NCBI GenBank assembly: GCA_965232535.1
Contig: CBDDPW010000022.1
Location: 512,519 to 576,518, forward strand
Direction of reading: 5' to 3'
From: Candidatus Poribacteria bacterium
GTDB lineage: Bacteria; Poribacteria; WGA-4E; JAJDTR01
DNA length: 64,000 nt
A model generated the notes under the pieces. That model was not told where the DNA came from and ran no database searches. It was given only the letters and a program-made list of their open reading frames with translations. A program made the translations under genes and the position numbers. Within the stretch, counting starts at the first letter, position 1; each line of letters opens with the position of its first letter. Shown here in pieces: positions 31,639 to 41,600 of this stretch.

Positions 31639-32019
31639 ATGTTGGACTATAATCGTTCGGATCGTGTGGGTGCTCTCCTACAAAGGGAGTTAAGCGACAT
31701 TATCCATCGTTCTCTTAAAGATCCGCGCGTTAGCTTCTGCACCGTTGGTCATGTTGAAGTGTCCTCAGACTTGAAATATGCCGATGTCTTGGTTAGCGTA
31801 GTGGGCGATAATAAACAGAAGCAAGCAACGCTTGCCGGCTTGAAAAGCGCCAGTGGTTTCCTGAGGCGAGAGGTTGGGAATCGAATCGACTTGCGTTATA
31901 CTCCCGAACTCCGTTTTGCGCTGGATAAGTCCGCGGACCATCTAATGAAGATAGATCGTCTCCTAAAGCAGGTGCAACAAGATACAGAAGAAGATGGTCC
32001 TGCGGCGACCGGCGAGTAG
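31639..32019 (+). CDS. rbfA: ribosome-binding factor A
   Basis: 126 aa, RVGALLQRELSDII...DPRVSFCTVGHVEVSSDLKYADVLVSV, a KH-like RbfA fold. Confidence 0.9.
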   Translation: MLDYNRSDRVGALLQRELSDIIHRSLKDPRVSFCTVGHVEVSSDLKYADVLVSVVGDNKQKQATLAGLKSASGFLRREVGNRIDLRYTPELRFALDKSADHLMKIDRLLKQVQQDTEEDGPAATGE

Positions 32020-32021
32020 CC

Positions 32022-33020
32022 ATGAACAATTATCAAGCGATTCTCGATGTGTTCGACCAACATCACTCATTTGCCCTGTCGGTGCACATCAATCCTGATG
32101 GAGACGCGTTTGGCTCACAGTTGGCGCTCTATTCGTTTCTCCGCGACCTTGGAAAGCAGGTCCGGGTCTTCAATACGGACGCAGTTCCTAACAACTACCA
32201 CTTCCTCCCTTTCAGCGAAGTCATCCAAGGGCCCGACGATGTTCATGACTATTCACCCGAGATTCTTGTCATCCTTGATGCTAGTACGCGGCGACGCATC
32301 GGAGACAAATTGTGCCAAACGCTTATTCCAACCAATGCAGTTGTCAACATAGATCATCATGACACGGGCGATCGGTTCGGTGATTATAACCTTGTAGAAA
32401 CAACTGCTTCATCAACGTCAGAGATTATTTATCGCTTAATCAAACTTCGTGAGATGCCTATCGGAAAAGATCGCGCGCTTTGCCTCTACACCGGTATCAT
32501 GTTTGACACCGGCTGTTTCCGATACGGCAATTCCGCTCCAGTTGCGCATCGAATCGCCGCAGAACTCATTGAACAGGGCGATTTTCCCGTTGATGGAGTG
32601 TATCGGCAGGTGTATGAGTCAGTACCGCTGGGGAAAGTGCGACTTTTGGCAGAAGTGTTGCCAACATTGCGTCTGACTCCGGACGGCAAGATCGGTTGGT
32701 TATGCGCAACACAAGAGATGTTTAGGAAAACCGGCACCACTCCCCATGACGTAGAGGGCTTCGTGAATCATGTTCGCGCGATTGATACTGTCGAGGTTTC
32801 GATTTTTGTAAGCGAACTTGAGGATGGAACATCGAAAGCCAGCTTACGGAGCGAGTCTTATGTTGACGTTGGCAAAGTCGCAGCCGATTTTGAGGGAGGT
32901 GGACACCAACGCGCCTCCGGGTGTGTAATCAGAGCGCCGCATCAGTTGGCAATTAAACGGCTCGTGAAAAACGCACAGGAACGAATTGAGCCTTCTACGA
33001 ATGGTGGTTCAAGGAGATAG
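32022..33020 (+). CDS. nrnA: DHH-family phosphoesterase (NrnA-like bifunctional oligoribonuclease / pAp phosphatase)
   Basis: HINPDGDAFGS (DHH motif I), DHH at NIDHHDTGD, and a C-terminal DHHA1 GGGH motif (FEGGGHQRASG). Confidence 0.85.
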   Translation: MNNYQAILDVFDQHHSFALSVHINPDGDAFGSQLALYSFLRDLGKQVRVFNTDAVPNNYHFLPFSEVIQGPDDVHDYSPEILVILDASTRRRIGDKLCQTLIPTNAVVNIDHHDTGDRFGDYNLVETTASSTSEIIYRLIKLREMPIGKDRALCLYTGIMFDTGCFRYGNSAPVAHRIAAELIEQGDFPVDGVYRQVYESVPLGKVRLLAEVLPTLRLTPDGKIGWLCATQEMFRKTGTTPHDVEGFVNHVRAIDTVEVSIFVSELEDGTSKASLRSESYVDVGKVAADFEGGGHQRASGCVIRAPHQLAIKRLVKNAQERIEPSTNGGSRR

Positions 33021-33223
33021 TTCGGCAATGCCTTCGGTGTTAAAGCGGGTTTGAATATAGTTGCATAGTAATGCGTGCACATTTGAGTTGTTATCACTTG
33101 TGAGATTTCGGTAGCATTCGTAATTAGACGCTCCTATTGCACTTGTTTGGGAAGATTTTTAAGGCATATCTATTGCGCCCGCTATTCACTCGCTTGATCG
33201 CAACGAGCATACTCTGAAAAACT

Positions 33224-33238
33224 GTGGGCAGTGCCCAC
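33224..33238. repeat. REP-B family partial copy (GTGGGCAGTGCCCAC)
   Basis: Core palindrome of the AATGGTGGGCAGTGCCCACC family. It is preceded at 33181-33198 by a reverse-oriented ATCAAG-CGAGTGAATAGC unit. Confidence 0.5.
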
Positions 33239-33281
33239 CTTACAACTTATTTGGCCCCATTTGTTCGCTTGGCTGGTCATT

Positions 33282-34016
33282 ATGCAGGTAGACGGTGTCT
33301 TCAATCTAAATAAACCGCCTGGAATAACGTCTAGACAGGCCGTCGATCGAGTGAAGCACGCCTTGAGAGTTCCGAAGGCTGGGCATGGGGGCACATTGGA
33401 TCCGGATGCCACAGGCGTTCTACTCGTTTGCTTGGGGAAGGGAACGAAGCTGTTCGATCAGCTACAGCAGGGAACCAAGGAGTACGAGGGTACGCTGACG
33501 TTGGGGATTACAACGGACACGCTGGACGCCAGTGGCAGTGTCCAAAAAGTGTCTGATGTCGGTCAATTTTCAGATGAAGAGATCCGAGTTGTTGTTCAGC
33601 AATTTGTGGGCGAGATTGAGCAGGCGGTTCCCATGTTTTCAGCCGTAAAGCACAAAGGCAAGCGATTGTACAAGTTGGCCCATCAAGGCGTCGCGTTGGA
33701 GGAATTGCCGAAGAGAACGGTTCACGTCAAATCACTTGAGGTGTTATCGGTGCGTCCCCCGCACGTTCGGTTCCGAGTTGTGTGCTCAAAGGGCACATAC
33801 ATTCGCGTTCTCGCTGCGGATATTGGTGTATCCCTCGGGTGCGGGGCTCATCTCTCACAGTTAACTCGTACACGTTCAGGGGATTTCACGCTCGAATCGT
33901 CTCATACTCTTGATTGGCTTGAGCAGCAGCCCTCTCGCGCATGCGAGGCTATTGTACCGGTGGATGATGTTTATGACATGGGTGTTGGAACGCCACCGAA
34001 TAAAGACTGTCGCTGA
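33282..34016 (+). CDS. truB: tRNA pseudouridine(55) synthase TruB
   Basis: GVFNLNKPPGITSRQAVD...GHGGTLDPDATGVLLVCLGKGTKL carries the catalytic Asp motif. The ORF opens at 33231 and the likely start is MQVDG at 33282. Confidence 0.9.
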   Translation: MQVDGVFNLNKPPGITSRQAVDRVKHALRVPKAGHGGTLDPDATGVLLVCLGKGTKLFDQLQQGTKEYEGTLTLGITTDTLDASGSVQKVSDVGQFSDEEIRVVVQQFVGEIEQAVPMFSAVKHKGKRLYKLAHQGVALEELPKRTVHVKSLEVLSVRPPHVRFRVVCSKGTYIRVLAADIGVSLGCGAHLSQLTRTRSGDFTLESSHTLDWLEQQPSRACEAIVPVDDVYDMGVGTPPNKDCR

Positions 34017-34140
34017 GTGCTTAGCGAAATCGAAATCTTCCCTTGGTCGGAACCCCTGTTGCACAGGAGCGCTCCTCATGAAATCCACTTTTCCGGGTAT
34101 GCGATTGGCATGTCCGATCCGAAGCCTTGGGGATTGAAGT

Positions 34141-35070
34141 TTGCAGATTTACTACAATCTGGAAGATTTTCCCGTACTTAAACGAGACTCGGTTACAACT
34201 TTTGGCGTGTTTGATGGATTGCACCTCGGTCATCAAGCCGTCATTCATCAAGTAGTCAAAGACGCAACCGTTCGTGACCTCTCGAGAACCGTTCTCGCGT
34301 TTTATCCCCATCCGATGGCGTTTCTCGCCCCTGAAAGGTGCCCGCCGATTCTTACCCCTCGACATAAGCGACTTGAGCTTCTTGAAGCACAAAGTGTTGA
34401 CATCGCTATCTTTGTTCGATTCGACGCATATTTGGCAGAAATGTCACCGCGAGTCTTTGTTGAAGACGTACTTATTGGCAAATTGCGTACGAGGCAGGTC
34501 ATTGTCGGATACGAGTGCCAATTTGGCAAGAATCGAGCAGGCAATACGGAAGTTTTACAGTCGCTCGGCACGCAGTACAACTTTGATGTCACTATTATGC
34601 CTCCAACATTGGTCGAAGGTATGCCAGTCCATAGCACTCGTGTCCGTGACGCTGTGGTACAAGGTAAGTTGAAACTCGTGGCGGAGTTACTCGGACGCCC
34701 TCACTCCATCATCGGCAAGATCGTTCAAGGCGACGGTCGGGGCCGCCAAATTGGATACCCGACAGCTAACATTCACGCCGAGAATCAGATTCACCCCCCA
34801 AACGGTGTTTATGCCATTCAGGCTAAACTGAAGGACGGGCTCTACGGGGGAATACTGAATATGGGGATGCGACCTACCGTTGGTGGAGAGAAGTTTCAAA
34901 TTGAGGCACACTTGTTCAATTTTAATGAGAATGTGTACGACAGGGAGATTGAAGTCTTTTTCATCAAGAATATCCGCGATGAACGGAAGTTTCCGGACGT
35001 GGAGTCCTTGGTCAAACAGATTAATCAGGATGTCGAATTTGCACACGGTATTCTGGACACCGAGGTATGA
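34141..35070 (+). CDS. ribF: bifunctional riboflavin kinase / FMN adenylyltransferase
   Basis: N-terminal FAD synthetase (FGVFDGLHLGHQAV). C-terminal riboflavin kinase (..GRGRQIGYPTANI...GVYA..). Confidence 0.9.
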   Translation: MQIYYNLEDFPVLKRDSVTTFGVFDGLHLGHQAVIHQVVKDATVRDLSRTVLAFYPHPMAFLAPERCPPILTPRHKRLELLEAQSVDIAIFVRFDAYLAEMSPRVFVEDVLIGKLRTRQVIVGYECQFGKNRAGNTEVLQSLGTQYNFDVTIMPPTLVEGMPVHSTRVRDAVVQGKLKLVAELLGRPHSIIGKIVQGDGRGRQIGYPTANIHAENQIHPPNGVYAIQAKLKDGLYGGILNMGMRPTVGGEKFQIEAHLFNFNENVYDREIEVFFIKNIRDERKFPDVESLVKQINQDVEFAHGILDTEV

Positions 35071-35344
35071 AGAACAGGTGAGTGTTCATGGTGTTGGCTA
35101 CTCACGGCGTACAACAGTCTATTGAAGAATATGGGATTACGGGGCAACAGAAGGTCGCGATTCGACACTCGCTCCTACAAGAGGACGATTTGGTGATCGC
35201 GGAAACTTCAGTGCCGGGAGTCGGCCTTAGTTGTTCCGCAGTCCCTTGAACTTTCCCTTTCGCAATTTTGACGCCGTGTGATATAATATGATTCAACCAC
35301 GCAGAGAGAAATGAATAATGTAATGAATAAGGAGGTGAAACTCG

Positions 35345-35635
35345 GTGGCACTGAATGCAGAAAAGAAGGAAGAACTGCGCCAAACGTACAGGCAGCACGA
35401 TAAGGATACCGGGTCGCCAGAAGTTCAAGTGGCACTCATCAACACTCGGATTCGGCAATTGACCGACCATTTTCGCACGCATAGAAAAGACCATCACTCA
35501 AGATACGGACTCTTCAAACTTGTGGGAAAACAACGTCGATTATTACGCTACCTTTATAAGAAGGACAGTCAAAGATATTATCAACTTATTAATCAACTCG
35601 GAATACGGGACACACTAGGATCGAGAGGGAATTGA
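35345..35635 (+). CDS. rpsO: 30S ribosomal protein S15
   Basis: DTGSPEVQVALINTRIRQLTDHFRTHRKDHHSRYGLFKLVGKQRRLLRYL is the canonical S15. Confidence 0.9.
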   Translation: MALNAEKKEELRQTYRQHDKDTGSPEVQVALINTRIRQLTDHFRTHRKDHHSRYGLFKLVGKQRRLLRYLYKKDSQRYYQLINQLGIRDTLGSRGN

Positions 35636-35669
35636 CCATCCACCGTAGGAGTGTTGAGGAGGAAACAAC

Positions 35670-37925
35670 GTGAAAGTAGAAATGCAACTTGGAGGGGAGC
35701 AACTTTCAATTGAAACAGGAAAAGTTGCCAAGCAGGCAGACGGAGCTGTCTGGGTACAATACGGTGGAACGGTCGTCTTAGTGACAGTCGTTGCCGAAAC
35801 AAAAGAAAGTAATCTCGATTTTTTTCCGTTAACGGTAGATTATCGAGAGCGCGCTTATGCCGCTGGACGAATTCCAACGGTTTATGGAAGGCGTGAGCCA
35901 CGCCCAGGGGTAGGAGAGCAGTTGGTCTCGCGTTTAATCGATCATTGCATTCGGCCTCTGTTTCCGAAGGACTTTAAGGCGGAAGTGCAAGTTCTGTGCA
36001 ATGTTCTTTCTTCGGATCAGGTGCATCCGGCTGATGTTCCGGCGCTGATTGGAACCTCAGCAGCGTTATGTATTTCAGATGTCCCGTTCAATGGCCCGGT
36101 TGGAGCGGTTACCGTGGGTAAGCTGGATGGGTCGTTGGTCATCAATCCGGTTTACGAACAACTGGAACCGGCCCAGATGGAACTTTTCGTCAGCGGTACG
36201 TCAGAAGCAGTGATGTCTGTCGAAGGCGGCGGGCACGAAATACCGGAGGACGAAGTAATTGACACAATCATTGTGGCGCACGAGGAAATTAAAGAAATCA
36301 TCAGGTTACAAGAAGGTTTGATAGCCCTCTGTGGGAAACCGACTCGTGAATACCAAACGAAGGAGATTGGCGAAGCGTTAAACACTCGAATCCGCAGCCT
36401 AGCTACCTCTAAGATTCAGGAATCCATCGGAATGGAGGACAAGAAAACCCGAGAGGATTACCTGGAGCAAGTTCAAGTGGATGTCCTGTCGGAAATCCTT
36501 AATGATGATGTCGAAGAGGAAGCCGTTGTCGCGATGGAGAAGGATACGATCTCCATATTGGGCGACATCGAAAAAGAGCAGATGCGCCAATCCATTCTGA
36601 ATGAAGGAAAACGGGTTGACGGACGAAGTACGACGGATATTCGGCAGATCTCGGGAGAGGTCTCGGTGCTCCCTCGGACACATGGTTCATCCATCTTCAC
36701 TCGCGGACAGACTCAAGCTCTCTGCGTGACGACACTTGGAACGGCTGGAGATGAAGACCTTCAACGCCGGCTAGACGGTGAAACAAGACATGCGTTTTTC
36801 CTGCATTACAACTTTCCGCCGTTTAGCACCGGCGAGGTAAAGCGAATGATGGGGCCGGGCCGGCGGGAGATTGGCCACGGATCGCTTGCCGAAAAAGCAA
36901 TCGAGCCGGTCATTCCATCCAAAGACGATTTTCGCTATACGATTCGAGTTGTGTCGGAGATACTTGAATCAAATGCCTCGTCATCAATGGCTAGTGTCTG
37001 CGGTGCGACTCTGGCACTCATGGATGCGGGTGTTCCCATTACGAAACCTGTCGCCGGGATTGGTGTTGGATTAATCAAGGAAGGCGATCAGGAGGTCATT
37101 CTGACCGATATGCTTGGCACGGAAGATTTCCTCGGAGATATGGATTTCAAAGTTGCGGGAACTCGCGACGGTGTCACGGCGATCCAGATGGATATCAAAA
37201 TTGATGGCGTTACTCCGGACTTGATGAAGAGAGCTATTTATCAAGCACGGGAAGGGCGTTTGGCTGTGCTCGATAGGATGGGGGAGGTAATCGCCGAACC
37301 GCGGTCTGACATCTCCGTGTATGCGCCGCGTATTTACAACATCCAGATTTCTCCGAACAAAATCAAGGATCTCATTGGGCCGCGCGGCAAGGTAATTCAA
37401 ACAATTCAGGAAGAGACGAATACCACGGTAAACGTTGAAGACAGTGGTAACGTCGAAATTGCCGCAACGAGCGCCGAAGCTGCGAATAAGGCGGAGGAGA
37501 TGATCCGCGAAGTCACCGCCATGCCAGAGGTCGGCAAGGAATACAACGGAAAAGTTGTGCGAACAACGACCTTTGGAGCCTTTGTAGAGATCCTTCCCGG
37601 GCAAGATGGGTTGGTGCACATTTCACAAATGGGTGATGGCTACGTCCGTAAAGTCGAAGATGTGATGCAGGTCGGAGATGAGGTTACAGTGAGTGTGATC
37701 ACTATTGATGACCAAGGAAGGGTAGATCTTTCTCTCGCCGGTGCAAGTGCAGAGTTGTCATCGACAGATTCTGCAACGGGCGAGGGAGAACGTGGTGCAC
37801 CTCGCGATGGTGATCGCGGACGTTCCGCCTCACGCGACTCCCGAAACAACCGACAGGGGCGCGGTGACAATTCACGCGATTCTCGTAACCGGAGATCACC
37901 ACGCATTCCGAAGGGACGGATCTAA
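35670..37925 (+). CDS. pnp: polyribonucleotide nucleotidyltransferase (PNPase) with Arg/Asp/Ser-rich C-terminal tail
   Basis: GTG start. Two RNase PH domains, KH and S1 domains. A ~55-aa low-complexity tail follows the S1 domain (GERGAPRDGDRGRSASRDSRNNRQGRGDNSRDSRNRRSPRIPKGRI). Confidence 0.95.
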   Translation: MKVEMQLGGEQLSIETGKVAKQADGAVWVQYGGTVVLVTVVAETKESNLDFFPLTVDYRERAYAAGRIPTVYGRREPRPGVGEQLVSRLIDHCIRPLFPKDFKAEVQVLCNVLSSDQVHPADVPALIGTSAALCISDVPFNGPVGAVTVGKLDGSLVINPVYEQLEPAQMELFVSGTSEAVMSVEGGGHEIPEDEVIDTIIVAHEEIKEIIRLQEGLIALCGKPTREYQTKEIGEALNTRIRSLATSKIQESIGMEDKKTREDYLEQVQVDVLSEILNDDVEEEAVVAMEKDTISILGDIEKEQMRQSILNEGKRVDGRSTTDIRQISGEVSVLPRTHGSSIFTRGQTQALCVTTLGTAGDEDLQRRLDGETRHAFFLHYNFPPFSTGEVKRMMGPGRREIGHGSLAEKAIEPVIPSKDDFRYTIRVVSEILESNASSSMASVCGATLALMDAGVPITKPVAGIGVGLIKEGDQEVILTDMLGTEDFLGDMDFKVAGTRDGVTAIQMDIKIDGVTPDLMKRAIYQAREGRLAVLDRMGEVIAEPRSDISVYAPRIYNIQISPNKIKDLIGPRGKVIQTIQEETNTTVNVEDSGNVEIAATSAEAANKAEEMIREVTAMPEVGKEYNGKVVRTTTFGAFVEILPGQDGLVHISQMGDGYVRKVEDVMQVGDEVTVSVITIDDQGRVDLSLAGASAELSSTDSATGEGERGAPRDGDRGRSASRDSRNNRQGRGDNSRDSRNRRSPRIPKGRI

Positions 37926-37977
37926 GTGTTTGGTGCCAACAACCGGATCAGTACTTCGTGTGTAGATGAATCCGTGC

Positions 37978-38010
37978 GGGTTCAGAAGTGGCTTAGCCAC
38001 ATCTGAACCC
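37978..38010 (+). terminator. candidate intrinsic terminator / stable hairpin downstream of pnp
   Basis: GGGTTCAGA-agtggcttagccacat-TCTGAACCC: a 9-bp stem enclosing an inner GTGGCT-T-AGCCAC palindrome. It is followed by a T-rich stretch (atcttctattctatctcttt) rather than a clean U-run. Confidence 0.4.
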
Positions 38011-38062
38011 ATCTTCTATTCTATCTCTTTCAGTCGATGAATTTTAGCGAGAGTTTTTTCCG

Positions 38063-38428
38063 ATGCAAGCAAGGAACCGCGTACCAAGGAGAACTCGCCT
38101 TTCAAAGGGCGATTTATTAGATCAGAAATGGCTAACATATCTCTTGGTATTGATTCTGATTGTGTTAATCGGTGTTTTTGTGGCATCGTTGAGATACCAA
38201 GACGCACTTGTTCGGTACGCTAAGGACTTTGTGCAGCGTGCAAAGGATGCGGTCGCCGCCAGTCTTGGTCTGAAAGAGATAATTAGAGGGCTTGAATACC
38301 GAAGTTTCGTAAACCGATTCGCATTCGCAACGGCTGCCGCGCTACCCAAACCGTGTAATTTCTCTCCTATTGATTCTTTCCTCCATATCCTGACAGTATC
38401 CGAATCCAAATCAATTGCCATTGAATAA
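38063..38428 (+). CDS. hypothetical small membrane protein (one predicted TM helix)
   Basis: 121-aa ORF with a basic N-terminus then LTYLLVLILIVLIGVFVASL. No recognisable family. Confidence 0.4.
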   Translation: MQARNRVPRRTRLSKGDLLDQKWLTYLLVLILIVLIGVFVASLRYQDALVRYAKDFVQRAKDAVAASLGLKEIIRGLEYRSFVNRFAFATAAALPKPCNFSPIDSFLHILTVSESKSIAIE

Positions 38429-38449
38429 CACGTGCCGGAGGACTGCCAC

Positions 38450-38965
38450 ATGCGCACTGTGATCCTTCATAGGTGTTTCCCAATCTTGACATGCCTCGTA
38501 CTCGGATGTGGTTACGTTTCAACCTCTTCCTACCTCGAACACATCAAAACCGTTCAAATTGCTCCAGTCCAAATCGAGGACTCGGATATTACGTACGATG
38601 TCCAGTCTGATCGACCTTACGATGAAATCCTTCAAGAAAAACTGACAGAGCGTTTTACGCGAAAGTGGCGCGACGGAAACGACGCAGTGCTTGAAGTTAG
38701 AATCATGGACTATGATTTGAGAGAGATTGACTTCGGGGCAACCAATCAAGCGGAAAAGTTACGCATGAGTCTGCAGGTTGATTATAGGTTTTTAGACCGC
38801 GTCAATAACAAGATTATAGATCAGGATGATAGTTATTTTCAGGTTTTCGACTTCTTTATCGTCTCGGGAAGAGATGAAGAGCCGAGAACGGTTCAACAAG
38901 CGCGTACCGAGATCTTTGAGGAGCTTGTTGACGATCTCTTTCAACAGCTTGCCGAGCAGTGGTGA
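38450..38965 (+). CDS. putative lipoprotein (signal peptide with lipobox LVLGC; LptE-like size)
   Basis: MRTVILHRCFPILTCLVLGCGY... is a type II signal peptide. The mature protein is ~150 aa with no strong motif. The alternative start is 38432. Confidence 0.55.
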   Translation: MRTVILHRCFPILTCLVLGCGYVSTSSYLEHIKTVQIAPVQIEDSDITYDVQSDRPYDEILQEKLTERFTRKWRDGNDAVLEVRIMDYDLREIDFGATNQAEKLRMSLQVDYRFLDRVNNKIIDQDDSYFQVFDFFIVSGRDEEPRTVQQARTEIFEELVDDLFQQLAEQW

Positions 38966-38986
38966 TATCGGGAAGGCAACTGCGTA

Positions 38987-39979
38987 ATGAAGACGTCGAG
39001 CACGAATTTCCTTACATGTTGCATTGCGGTTCTCCTGTGTTGCAGTGCCGACCAAAGGGACTACACCGCCCTCACTCGCGAAGGGCGATATCTGGTTGGT
39101 GTTTGGAATACACATTCGGAGAAAGTCGCGACGAAATTAATAGATCAGATGACCAATACAGGCGCCGAGGAAAGCGGGCGAATTCGGTCTTTAGCGATTG
39201 AAACATCTGTAAAACCCGTTGACCTACTACCCGTCAATGATGATGTCGCCGACTGGGTCAGATCGCGTAAACCTAGCGGTTATACTGCGGAGAACTTGTA
39301 CAAAGATACCCTTGGCGGGCACCCAGAGTTGTATCGTGCTTATGGTGTTATTGAGCAAGCCGAAGTGGAGTACCAAACTCCTCTTCTCGGCTCCTACCCG
39401 CTAATCCGAGTTGAAATTTTTGACATGGGCACCGCCGAAAACGCATTCGGGATATACAGTTTCAACCAATATCCGGAAGCGGAATTCGAATGGGTTGGCA
39501 ACCGAGCTGTCATTTCAGGAAAATTTTTGCGGTTTTGGAAAGGGAAGTATTTTGTTGAGATCGAAGGGTACGAATTTGCTACGAAGGTTCAGGAAGGGAT
39601 AGTTGAGTTGGCAAAGTCGGTTGCCAGTCGAATCAAAGATTCGCCGACTAAACCACACCTTCTAAAGCTACTTCCGGCAAACAAAGTTCCACACAGTGTA
39701 AAGTATTTCTTTGATGATACTACGTTGCGGAAAATCTATAGTTTTCTACCAGATGATGGTCTTGAGTTAGGTTCCAACTCAACGGGAATCACTGCTTCCT
39801 ACGCGCATAAAAAGAGCGAAAATAAGCATTGGGCGGACACCATGGTTGCCTTTCTCATTCGATATCCCACCGAGTCGGTGGCGACGGAAGCCTACAACCA
39901 CTATCGGAATTTCCTGGAGGCACAGGCTGTTTCCGTTCGTTCGCTTGAGGGAAGAGGAATTTTGGTTCAGCAACAGTAA
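38987..39979 (+). CDS. hypothetical secreted protein
   Basis: 330-aa ORF with an N-terminal hydrophobic signal-like segment (FLTCCIAVLLCCSA). No recognisable domain. Confidence 0.65.
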   Translation: MKTSSTNFLTCCIAVLLCCSADQRDYTALTREGRYLVGVWNTHSEKVATKLIDQMTNTGAEESGRIRSLAIETSVKPVDLLPVNDDVADWVRSRKPSGYTAENLYKDTLGGHPELYRAYGVIEQAEVEYQTPLLGSYPLIRVEIFDMGTAENAFGIYSFNQYPEAEFEWVGNRAVISGKFLRFWKGKYFVEIEGYEFATKVQEGIVELAKSVASRIKDSPTKPHLLKLLPANKVPHSVKYFFDDTTLRKIYSFLPDDGLELGSNSTGITASYAHKKSENKHWADTMVAFLIRYPTESVATEAYNHYRNFLEAQAVSVRSLEGRGILVQQQ

Positions 39980-40068
39980 AAATCAGATCTCGGATTGAAC
40001 AAAAAATTGGGAATGGTGTGAGGTTTCGTTGCATTGTTTTTTCACGCATCATGCTTTATTAAACCGCC

Positions 40069-41166
40069 ATGTCAGACAATCTAAAGCGTACCTCGCTCTT
40101 CAACATTCACAAACAACTCGGCGCGCGGATGATTGAATTTGGCGGTTGGGAAATGCCGGTCCAATATAGTAGCATAGTTGCAGAACATCTGGCGGTTCGG
40201 TCAAATGTAGGTATTTTTGATCTGTCGCATATGGGTGAGATTGAGATTAAGGGTTCTGGAGCGCTACCTCTAATCCAAAAACTCATCACCAATGATGCCT
40301 CGAAGCTCAGTGATGGACGAATTCTATATTCTCCGATGTGCACAGACACCGGCGGTATCGTGGACGACCTACTCGTATATCGTTTCAGTGCCTCCAAATA
40401 TATGCTGGTCGTTAATGCATCAAATACCGATAAGGACTATGATTGGATTCGTGTCCATAATAGAAATGGTGCGGAGGTCTCCAATTTAAGCGACGACATT
40501 TCCCTCATCGCGTTGCAAGGCAGAAATGCCCCAATTATCTTAGAGGCGCTGACAGATGTCAACGTCTCAGCTATTGAGTATTACGCCTTCAAGGAGGGCG
40601 AGATTGGCGGAATTCCAACCTGCATCTCGCGTACCGGATACACGGGGGAAGCGGGGTTTGAGCTGTATGTGGGTGCGAGTCGCGGCGCGGACTTGTGGAA
40701 CGCACTTCATGAGGCTACGATAAATGCGGGCGGAAACGCTGTAGGGCTCGCAGCAAGAGATACGCTGCGGCTAGAAATGAAGTTCTGTTTGTATGGGAAC
40801 GATATTGACGAGACGACTACACCGCTGGAAGCGGGGCTGCGCTGGACGGTGGCATTTGACAAGGAGGATTTCACCGGGAAAAACGCATTGACCCAGCAGC
40901 GTGACCGTGGGATCAAACGACGCCTCGCCGGATTCAGAATGCTAGACCGAGGAATTGCACGGTCGCATCATAACGTGTATCATGGGGACTTGTCCATCGG
41001 TGAGGTTACCAGCGGGGCACCGTCACCAAGCCTAGGGTATAATATCGGGCTCGCATACCTGCCGATAGAATGGAGTAAGAAAAAGACGAAAATCGACATT
41101 GAAATTCGAGGGAAGCGCCACTCTGCGGAGGTGGTAGCAACCCCATTTTATAAATCATCAAATTAA
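40069..41166 (+). CDS. gcvT: glycine cleavage system aminomethyltransferase T
   Basis: 365 aa, ...GGWEMPVQYSSIVAEHLAVRSNVGIFDLSHMGEIEIKG... is the canonical GcvT. Confidence 0.95.
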   Translation: MSDNLKRTSLFNIHKQLGARMIEFGGWEMPVQYSSIVAEHLAVRSNVGIFDLSHMGEIEIKGSGALPLIQKLITNDASKLSDGRILYSPMCTDTGGIVDDLLVYRFSASKYMLVVNASNTDKDYDWIRVHNRNGAEVSNLSDDISLIALQGRNAPIILEALTDVNVSAIEYYAFKEGEIGGIPTCISRTGYTGEAGFELYVGASRGADLWNALHEATINAGGNAVGLAARDTLRLEMKFCLYGNDIDETTTPLEAGLRWTVAFDKEDFTGKNALTQQRDRGIKRRLAGFRMLDRGIARSHHNVYHGDLSIGEVTSGAPSPSLGYNIGLAYLPIEWSKKKTKIDIEIRGKRHSAEVVATPFYKSSN

Positions 41167-41209
41167 GCAGCGCTAACTGTGAATTTTAGCGTGAATTTCA
41201 GGAGAATGG

Positions 41210-41599
41210 ATGTTTCCAAAAGATCTAAAGTATATGGAGAGTCACGAATGGGCAAAAAGTGAAGGTGATGTTGTTATCGTTGGTGTCTCCGACTATGCCC
41301 AGCAACAAATTCAAGATGTTGTCTACGTTGAACTTCCGGAAATTGGCCAAGAACTTGAACAAAAAAAGGAGTTCGCCGTAATCGAATCTGTCAAAGCGGC
41401 GTTCGACATCTACGCTCCCGCTAGCGGTGAGGTTGTTGAAATCAACAGGGAACTGGAGGACGCTCCTGAATGTATCAATGACGATCCTTATGGAGCTGGA
41501 TGGATAGTCAAGATTCTTTTGAGCAATCCCGGCGAACTAAACAACCTTATGTCTGTTGAAGAATATCGGACGAATCTTGAGGGTGACGTGGAAGCGTAG
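41210..41599 (+). CDS. gcvH: glycine cleavage system H protein
   Basis: 129 aa with the lipoyl-lysine motif ESVKAA. Confidence 0.95.
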   Translation: MFPKDLKYMESHEWAKSEGDVVIVGVSDYAQQQIQDVVYVELPEIGQELEQKKEFAVIESVKAAFDIYAPASGEVVEINRELEDAPECINDDPYGAGWIVKILLSNPGELNNLMSVEEYRTNLEGDVEA

Positions 41600-41600
41600 G

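Noticed and set aside
39980-40068. Glycine riboswitch upstream of gcvT
   Set aside because: Only ~90 bp are available. The region has none of the conserved glycine-aptamer elements (GGAGAG..CACCG..CTCTGGAG-type cores).
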